Shown piece by piece: positions 17,465 through 23,577 of a DNA stretch of 23,577 nucleotides (its first letter is position 1; each line of letters begins with the position of its first letter). The notes under the pieces are model-generated. The model was not told the DNA's origin, did no database searches, and saw only the letters and a list, made by a program, of their open reading frames with translations. The stretch is from Candidatus Woesearchaeota archaeon (lineage in GTDB: Archaea > Nanobdellota > Nanobdellia > Woesearchaeales > SKGA01), in the NCBI GenBank assembly GCA_016926395.1, contig JAFGOT010000007.1, positions 1 through 23,577 of the forward strand. Reading direction: 5' to 3'. A program made the translations under genes and the position numbers.

Positions 17465-17749
17465 TTTCACGGCCTAAAACTCGAAAATCCTTCGACTTCT
17501 TGAACCTTGATTTTTCCTTGGATTTGAGCTGTTTTTTGGCCAAAAATCGGCATTTTTTGCCATTTTTCTTAGCAGCCAAAAAGGCATCCTTCTTTTCAGG
17601 GTTATATCCCTTTAAGTCGCATTCCTTTATATAAATTGTCGTAGTTAAGTCGGATTCCCGGCATTTTTTGTATTTATTTTAGGGTTATTGGTTGATTGTA
17701 TTACATTTACCGAGTTTTCGCTTTCACAAAAGGCGAACTTTGGCCTTAC

Positions 17750-18460
17750 ATGAAACTCAACGAAATAAAAAACATGGATTGTTTGAAATATCTTCGTTCA
17801 TTGCCCGATAACAGTGTCGACCTTGTAGTGACAGATCCACCATACAATGTTTCTCAAAAAACCAACATTAAGTATAAAGATCTTAATGTCACTAAAAATT
17901 TTGGTGACTGGGATTTCGGATTTGATCCAGCTCCAGTAATGGCCGAAATTAAGCGTGTGTTAAAACCTAAGGGACAAATATTTGTATTTTGTAGTACAGA
18001 CCAAATTCCAAAATACATGGATATATTCAAAGAAAAATGGCAATTTAGGAATTTACTAGTATGGTACAAAACAAACCCTGCACCTCGCCTTTCAAAAACC
18101 AACTTTGTGTTTGCTAATGAATACATAATCTACGCAATCAACGATCCAGAAGTAAAACCAGGACAAGTAACATTCAACTGGCAAGGACACAAAGAAATGC
18201 ACAACACAATAATAACAGGAGCACTACAAGGAAAAGAAAGACTTCGAAACAAAGACGGAAAGGCAACACACCCAACACAAAAACCACTAAGTATCTTGAA
18301 AAAACTAATAGAAATAGGAAGCAACAAAGAAGATGTCGTACTAGATTGCTTCATGGGAGTAGGAAGCACAGCAGTAGCATGCAAAGAACTAAACAGGAAT
18401 TTTGTAGGATGCGAACTAGATATAAAATACTATCAAGAAGGAAATAAGCGAATTAATTAA
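17750..18460 (+). CDS. Beta-class amino (probably N6-adenine) DNA methyltransferase
   Basis: Motif IV TDPPY near the N-terminus and motif I DCFMGVGST near the C-terminus (beta order), plus WYKTNPAP and HPTQKP. I prefer ATG 17750 over the TTG at 17696. The stop overlaps the drmC stop in a shared TTAA. Confidence 0.93.
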   Translation: MKLNEIKNMDCLKYLRSLPDNSVDLVVTDPPYNVSQKTNIKYKDLNVTKNFGDWDFGFDPAPVMAEIKRVLKPKGQIFVFCSTDQIPKYMDIFKEKWQFRNLLVWYKTNPAPRLSKTNFVFANEYIIYAINDPEVKPGQVTFNWQGHKEMHNTIITGALQGKERLRNKDGKATHPTQKPLSILKKLIEIGSNKEDVVLDCFMGVGSTAVACKELNRNFVGCELDIKYYQEGNKRIN

Positions 18461-19338
18461 AGATCCATTTGATTAATGCTTATTGGATTTGATGCTAACC
18501 AAAGAGTATTAAATAATATTTTAATTTTTTTTACTTCTTCGCCTTGAAAAACAACGCCTGTTTCAAGATTAGAATAAAGAGAGTTCATAGTAATATTCGC
18601 ACTTCCCAAATAGCAAGATTCATCAGATATTAAAATTTTAGAATGTATTGCGAATATTTGCTTTGAGCTAGACTCGTCGCGTTTAAAATAATCTTTGATA
18701 CTTAGTTGATCTAGTAAATTCTCTTTTTTGAAAGTATCACAAATTAATTTTATTGATTCTCTATTGTTATTACCATCAAACTTATCAAAAAAAGACCGAG
18801 TAACTATTCTAATTTTAACTCCTTTCTTTGCCACAGTAACTAAATCAGGTATTATCTTTTTTGTACCATTAATCTCAAAAAAAGGATTAATAATGTCCAG
18901 GTTATTATTTGATTCCTGAATAAGGCGCTTAATTGTTGGATACAACAAGGACATTTCTGAATCTTTCTTGAACCGACCATCTTCAGGATAGGTGGCTAAA
19001 ACTTTAAACAAAGGCTCTTGTTTATTGGAGGGAATATATGTTTTTTCCAGAATCTCCGCGACTAAAACTTGATGTTTGAAAAAGAATTTAGAAACTGCCG
19101 TATTAAATTCAAACAAATAGCTGTCAATGTTTGATCCTGCTTTGGACTTTATTATAACTTCATTCTCTATTAATATTTCAACAACTATTTCCGAAAGTTT
19201 ACCACCGAATGTTTTTTTTATCAAGTCTCTTAGCTCTTTACCATAAACAATTTTACGTTTAGAGAATAGTTCATTTAAAACAGTTTCAAGTAAATGAATA
19301 TTTTTACTTGACTGTAACTGAGATGCTAATTCATTCAT
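18457..19338 (-). CDS. drmC: DISARM phospholipase D-family nuclease DrmC
   Basis: Single HKD motif HSKILISDESCYLGSANIT, plus IINPFF and NLETGV. Starts with an 8-nt overlap on the drmB stop. Confidence 0.8.
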   Translation of the reverse strand: MNELASQLQSSKNIHLLETVLNELFSKRKIVYGKELRDLIKKTFGGKLSEIVVEILIENEVIIKSKAGSNIDSYLFEFNTAVSKFFFKHQVLVAEILEKTYIPSNKQEPLFKVLATYPEDGRFKKDSEMSLLYPTIKRLIQESNNNLDIINPFFEINGTKKIIPDLVTVAKKGVKIRIVTRSFFDKFDGNNNRESIKLICDTFKKENLLDQLSIKDYFKRDESSSKQIFAIHSKILISDESCYLGSANITMNSLYSNLETGVVFQGEEVKKIKILFNTLWLASNPISINQMDL

Positions 19339-21172
19339 TCTTAACTTCCTCTATAAATCGTTTATTCCAAAAACCAACATATTTTCCACCTATAAGATAA
19401 TTTCTATCTAAGTCTTTGTTTGAATGTTCGCATGAAATTTCACTAGTAAATAAGCAGGCGTGACAAGATCCTTTATCATGAATACACAGAGGATCATAAA
19501 TACAATTTTCTACATCTTGTATTGCTAAATCTATCCAAGGCCTAACTTTGCTTTCAAACAAAGTAAATAATCCTCCTAATTGGAACGATGTTGAATTATT
19601 ACTATAAATAATTATTGCAGGTATTTCTGCAAAAATAAGCTCGCCTAATGAATCCTTATCCAAACCACATTGAGAAGATGCTCTTTTTAATAACGTATGA
19701 GAAATTGTATGCAACAACCCATAAACAGCTTTGGTAATATTATTCTCAACTGGAACTTCATTAAATCTTGTTATGGCATCAGAATGAATGTTTTTTAAGA
19801 ACCACAACTTTAAACTTTTTTCATCTAACTCGGTCGGCATCTGAGAAATAATTTTATTCTTAAATAACCACTTAATTATTTTAAGTCGGTCAAATTCAAG
19901 AATTATTGCTTCAGCTTCTGTTTTGTTTATGTAAACAGGAAGTCTTTTTCCATCTAATCGATCCCAATTAAAAGGGATTAGACTAGATTTTGGCCCTTCT
20001 TCTACTTCTCGAGTAAAACCATAAGTCGCATTAACTATTGAAAGGTCATTAATCACATAAGGATTACTTACACCTATCTTCTTAAACAAATCAGGAAAAT
20101 ATGTTACTGATCCTAATATTGGACTGTTCGTTTTCTTTGCCTCATCAATTACATCATTCACATGTTTTTTAGTTTTTGATTTTAAAGTTTCTAAATATTC
20201 AAACAGTGCTATGGCCATCGCATTCATATCTTCAGGCTTTAATGTTATATAAGTATCAATCTCAGATATTATCTTATTTTTCACTTCTTGGATTTTGAAA
20301 ACCGTTTTGCTAAAAACATTAGACCCAAGAATCAGTTCTATTTGTTTATCATCCATCCCTGCAGCTCGCCATTTAGAGATATCTTTTTGTAAATCTTCAT
20401 TTGAGGTGTTTTCTTCGTGATCTTCAACTTCCAAAAGCTCAGTTAATTTAAACCCGTATTGGTCTACTAAACCGAGATAATCTCCGATGATTAGCTTAGA
20501 ACTTTGTATTGAATACAATTTATCCTCTTCAAGGAATGGTAAGTTTATTATTGGAAAACCTTTTCTTTGAAAAACATCTCCTTGTCTAAATGGAACTGGG
20601 TGAATAAACTTTGGATCATTACAGTTTGGACATCGTGTGTTAAGAGATATTTTGTGACCGCACTTTTCACAAACCCATCTATTTTCTCCTATCGATGATC
20701 CTCTTACTAATCGCATATTATCCTTGCCATGAGTCGGACATGCTCTCACAGGTACTTGTCCTGCATATCCACAAGAGTGCTTATAGATTAGATCTAATTG
20801 TTTTAATTTGCCACCGCAGCCTGAACAGGTGTATCTTCCATTAGTCATTCTTCCAAACTGACTTAGATTAAAATAGGAGTGAGCTAGTCCGCATTTTTCA
20901 CAAATAAATGTTAGAGGAGACAACTCAACATCAATTCCGTATCTAGGAGATAAAATAACATAGTCGTCTTTGGTTTTATCATTAAATAATTTTGCCTCTC
21001 CAAATCGTTTGACATCTTCTTTTATTTTTTCGACAATTCTTTTCTTGTTGATGCCTTCTTTAACTTCATAACTATCCCATCGATCTATAAATGCAATACA
21101 ATTCCCATCTTCAAAATCAATAAACATTCCGGGGAGGTATCTATATGTTGCTTGAGCTCGTCCTCTTCTCAT
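19331..21172 (-). CDS. drmB: DISARM DUF1998-domain protein DrmB
   Basis: N-terminal RAQATYRYLPG, several CxxC ribbons, LLHTISHTLLK...GGL and C-terminal CIYDPLC...SCHACLFTSEISCEHSNKDLDR. ATGA overlap with drmA. Confidence 0.9.
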   Translation of the reverse strand: MRRGRAQATYRYLPGMFIDFEDGNCIAFIDRWDSYEVKEGINKKRIVEKIKEDVKRFGEAKLFNDKTKDDYVILSPRYGIDVELSPLTFICEKCGLAHSYFNLSQFGRMTNGRYTCSGCGGKLKQLDLIYKHSCGYAGQVPVRACPTHGKDNMRLVRGSSIGENRWVCEKCGHKISLNTRCPNCNDPKFIHPVPFRQGDVFQRKGFPIINLPFLEEDKLYSIQSSKLIIGDYLGLVDQYGFKLTELLEVEDHEENTSNEDLQKDISKWRAAGMDDKQIELILGSNVFSKTVFKIQEVKNKIISEIDTYITLKPEDMNAMAIALFEYLETLKSKTKKHVNDVIDEAKKTNSPILGSVTYFPDLFKKIGVSNPYVINDLSIVNATYGFTREVEEGPKSSLIPFNWDRLDGKRLPVYINKTEAEAIILEFDRLKIIKWLFKNKIISQMPTELDEKSLKLWFLKNIHSDAITRFNEVPVENNITKAVYGLLHTISHTLLKRASSQCGLDKDSLGELIFAEIPAIIIYSNNSTSFQLGGLFTLFESKVRPWIDLAIQDVENCIYDPLCIHDKGSCHACLFTSEISCEHSNKDLDRNYLIGGKYVGFWNKRFIEEVKNE

Positions 21173-23577
21173 TGTTTTTCACCTCCATTAGATTCAGTAA
21201 CCCCTGCTATTTTTATCATTGCAGGCGCACTTTCGGGCGTAATCTTTATATCCACTTGTTCATCAATATCTCTCAAACTAGTCATTGGAGGATCCGAAAT
21301 AAACATAGGAATAAACTTGCTATTTTTACATTGCAAAATCTGATCAATGTACTGACTAACAGTCTTCTCTATTACTTGTTTAAAATTATTGCCTAAATCA
21401 TCTTCTTTAGTTTGATATGATTCCAACAAAAATTCTTTTATTTCTTTATCATTTAACTTTGATGTTTGATAAGCTTCTTGAAATCCTTTTGTCATGTATA
21501 ATTTATTACATCCTTCCCTTAAATCAAAGTAATGCATTAATGCAGATGTAAAAATTCCAGGGAGTGTTCTACTTATGCTAAATTTAGCCCATCTATTAAT
21601 TGGAACTGATTCCACTAACAGATCTTGGAATTCATGAAATTTTTGAAAATATTTGTAATAACTTTGATCTCGTTCTCTTGTTGGATTTAAAACGATAAAT
21701 ACTATTCCTGGATGTTTCCGTCCAACACGGGAATACGCTTGCACATACTCTGCTGTATTTCCGGGCATTCCGTGAAATACCATAAAGTTTAACGAGTCTA
21801 TATCAACTCCATGAGAGATCATGCTTGTAGCAGTAATTAGATCTATTTCTGGTTTTTTATCAAAATTTTCTAATTTATCTAAAACTGCTCGGACATCTCT
21901 AAATCGAACATCACCCGTCATAGAAACAAAATTCATACCTTTTTCTTTTAAGAGATCTGCTTTTTTTAAGAAAGGATTTATCATCGTTCCTACTGATTGA
22001 TTGATGGCCGCACCATCTCTTTTAGCAAGATTATATTCTAATATTGTTGTATAATCTTTTAAAAGCTCATAAACATCTTCTGGCGATTTCAAATCTAGTT
22101 GCTTGTCTGAAAGAAGTTTGTCTGGTTCTTCCCAATACTTCCGAACTATTTGAGTAAAATATTTAATTAAATCAATAACCGAAAATCTTATTGTTTTGTT
22201 ATGAGGTAATAGTCCTACAATGATCCTGCTTAATTTTCCTTCTGGATCTTCTAATGAATAAAATGATTCTTTTCTGTTTGGTCCAGATGAAGGAAACCTA
22301 CTGGTTTTTTCTCTACCATAAAGATGTTTGACTTGAATATGAAAATCATCATTAATGGTTGCAGTGGCAGCAATAACTTTTATTGGTTTGCCTCCAATTC
22401 TTTTTTGTAGATTCATCAAATAAGTTTCATAATGTGCATCAAATGAGCCGAAGGATTCTCTAATTAAGTGCATCTCGTCCTGGATTTGTAATGTTGGTGT
22501 TGGATCATATAATTCTACTTCTTCATAATTTTCAACAGGAACTGTACATCCCGCCCTTATTTCAGAACACTTTTCTGAACTCATGTAGCCATGTTTTGGA
22601 CATTTATGTTTTACTTGACCAAAAATGTTTCTGAAATTAGATTGGTATCCGCAAGTAGGAATCTTATCTAATGTGCCTACAATAAAGGTTGGTATATAAC
22701 GATAAACCTCTACGTCTGAGATATAAACCGGCAATATTTCTTCTTTACAAGCAGGATTCTCACAAACATGAAGTAATCGGATATTATCAAGATCAGGCTT
22801 AATCTTCACTTTATGTTCTTTACTTTCACAAAAAGGACATTTAGATATGATCAATAATTTCTCTCTCTCTTCCTCATTATCTATTAAAGGAGATAAATGA
22901 TCTTCATCAGAACCCCAATCATCTTTTTTTATTAAGATATTAGGCGTGTTACTTTTTCCAACATAATAACCCATGCTGAAAGGTTCGTTTTTTCCAGAAT
23001 TAATTTCTGGGTGTTCTCTTCTTACCAATTCTGCTTTTGCAAAAATATCCGCAATTCTTTGTAGTTGCTGAAGTGAAAGTAGTCTTAATGGAAATTTTGT
23101 AAATGCAGTAACTCCTGCAAATTTACCTCTAAGTCTATCAAAAAATGCAGTAAACACAACAAGGCCTAAATAAGCTTCAGTTTTTCCTCCTCCTGTTGGA
23201 AAATAAATAACATCAACTACTTCAGGATCTGCCTCAATTTCTTCATACTCTGATTTAGCCACATCAGGAATATTCATCACAATGAAAATTATCTGAAATA
23301 ATCGCCAACTAGCATAGCCTTTAGCAGATTTCATGAAGGCTTTATTCATTAATTTAAATGCATCTAAAGTTTTTTCGTATTTTTTGAGAATCGAAATTCC
23401 ATGACTAAAGCGATTAATTTCGTTTTGAAACAAATTTAGATCCGTTTCATACTTCATTTGTTTTACTAGTATGTCTCTTCCTTCACCAACAATAAATGAT
23501 TTTTTTTGCTCTTCCATACTTGCAAAACTAGTCTGCATCTTCTGCAAAATCTCTTCTAGAACGGGAATAGGGTTCTC
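21169..23577 (-). CDS. drmA: DISARM SF2 helicase DrmA, 5' part outside the window
   Basis: FPTGGGKTEAYLG, PLRLLSLQQLQR, IQDEMHL, ATAT, ATSMISHGVD and YVQAYSRVGR. The frame is open to the edge (ENPIPVLEEIL precede the TTG at 23547), so the ORF-track start is not the true start. Confidence 0.9.
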   Translation of the reverse strand, partial: ENPIPVLEEILQKMQTSFASMEEQKKSFIVGEGRDILVKQMKYETDLNLFQNEINRFSHGISILKKYEKTLDAFKLMNKAFMKSAKGYASWRLFQIIFIVMNIPDVAKSEYEEIEADPEVVDVIYFPTGGGKTEAYLGLVVFTAFFDRLRGKFAGVTAFTKFPLRLLSLQQLQRIADIFAKAELVRREHPEINSGKNEPFSMGYYVGKSNTPNILIKKDDWGSDEDHLSPLIDNEEEREKLLIISKCPFCESKEHKVKIKPDLDNIRLLHVCENPACKEEILPVYISDVEVYRYIPTFIVGTLDKIPTCGYQSNFRNIFGQVKHKCPKHGYMSSEKCSEIRAGCTVPVENYEEVELYDPTPTLQIQDEMHLIRESFGSFDAHYETYLMNLQKRIGGKPIKVIAATATINDDFHIQVKHLYGREKTSRFPSSGPNRKESFYSLEDPEGKLSRIIVGLLPHNKTIRFSVIDLIKYFTQIVRKYWEEPDKLLSDKQLDLKSPEDVYELLKDYTTILEYNLAKRDGAAINQSVGTMINPFLKKADLLKEKGMNFVSMTGDVRFRDVRAVLDKLENFDKKPEIDLITATSMISHGVDIDSLNFMVFHGMPGNTAEYVQAYSRVGRKHPGIVFIVLNPTRERDQSYYKYFQKFHEFQDLLVESVPINRWAKFSISRTLPGIFTSALMHYFDLREGCNKLYMTKGFQEAYQTSKLNDKEIKEFLLESYQTKEDDLGNNFKQVIEKTVSQYIDQILQCKNSKFIPMFISDPPMTSLRDIDEQVDIKITPESAPAMIKIAGVTESNGGEKQ
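21179..21186 (-). promoter_or_regulatory. Strong Shine-Dalgarno site for drmB inside the drmA 3' end
   Basis: GGAGGTGA ending 6 nt before the drmB ATG. Confidence 0.75.

Noticed and set aside
17436-17579. 48-aa Lys-rich N-terminal extension of the TctA-family protein
   Set aside because: It starts at a TTG without an SD, TctA homology begins at ATG 17435, and a TATA box lies inside the supposed extension. The open frame is kept only as part of the intergenic finding.
17387-17665. TCCCGGCATT at 17387-17396 and 17656-17665 as an att or target-site duplication
   Set aside because: Only 10 nt long, 270 nt apart, and does not flank a mobile gene. No integrase or tRNA is present, so chance cannot be excluded.
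17400-17900. Replication origin at the local skew inversion
   Set aside because: The A-rich plus-strand pattern returns at about 18130-18440, so the flip is not sustained. I see no ORB-like repeat and no orc1/cdc6 gene.
904-21396. Short ORF-track entries antisense to or overlapping confident genes (e.g. 904..1092, 1106..1288, 2382..2588, 2808..3059, 3790..4719, 7510..7939, 8536..8829, 11769..12159, 13001..13201, 14006..14861, 17434..17634, 17854..18384, 18728..18919, 21145..21396)
   Set aside because: Shadow frames of well-supported genes with no recognisable motifs. The strong strand bias makes stop-free antisense frames common.
18457-23577. Alternative assignment to the Dpd (DpdJ/DpdK) or Druantia systems
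   Set aside because: The helicase and DUF1998 domain are separate genes in drmA-drmB-drmC order with DrmA- and DrmB-type motifs. No dpdA or other markers are visible in the window.
1-23577. tRNA, rRNA, CRISPR array, IS element or alternative genetic code
   Set aside because: By eye I found no cloverleaf-forming GC-rich segment, no regularly spaced repeats and no transposase motif. Conserved proteins end normally at TAA/TGA. A tRNAscan-SE/Infernal run would confirm.

Overview
AT-rich archaeal chromosome segment. Thermosome, LonB, aIF2-alpha, Nop10, L44e, S27e, EF-1beta and TFS, together with TATA/BRE promoters, establish an archaeon; a DPANN (Woesearchaeota-like) host is my inference only. 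From 1 to about 17.4 kb it is mostly core genome: the start of a ROK sugar kinase, an uncharacterised membrane/coiled-coil cluster, LonB, a six-hairpin glycosidase, the rpl44e-rps27e-eif2a-nop10 cluster, a diadenylate cyclase, TFS, a stand-alone RelA/SpoT-type HD hydrolase, a Zn-ribbon plus EF-1beta pair, the thermosome, a TrmB-family regulator and a TctA-family membrane protein. From 17.75 kb to the right edge is a defence locus: the DISARM core drmA (5'-truncated by the window), drmB and drmC on the minus strand, converging on a beta-class (DPPY) DNA methyltransferase that matches neither canonical DISARM methylase. Host genes show strong strand-dependent codon bias (A-ending on plus, T-ending on minus). 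A drmA sample lacks this bias and the methyltransferase has it only in its 3' half. Five small genes missing from the ORF track were recovered and several start codons were corrected. I saw no tRNA, rRNA, CRISPR array or transposase. All family calls come from motif recognition by eye, not database searches.
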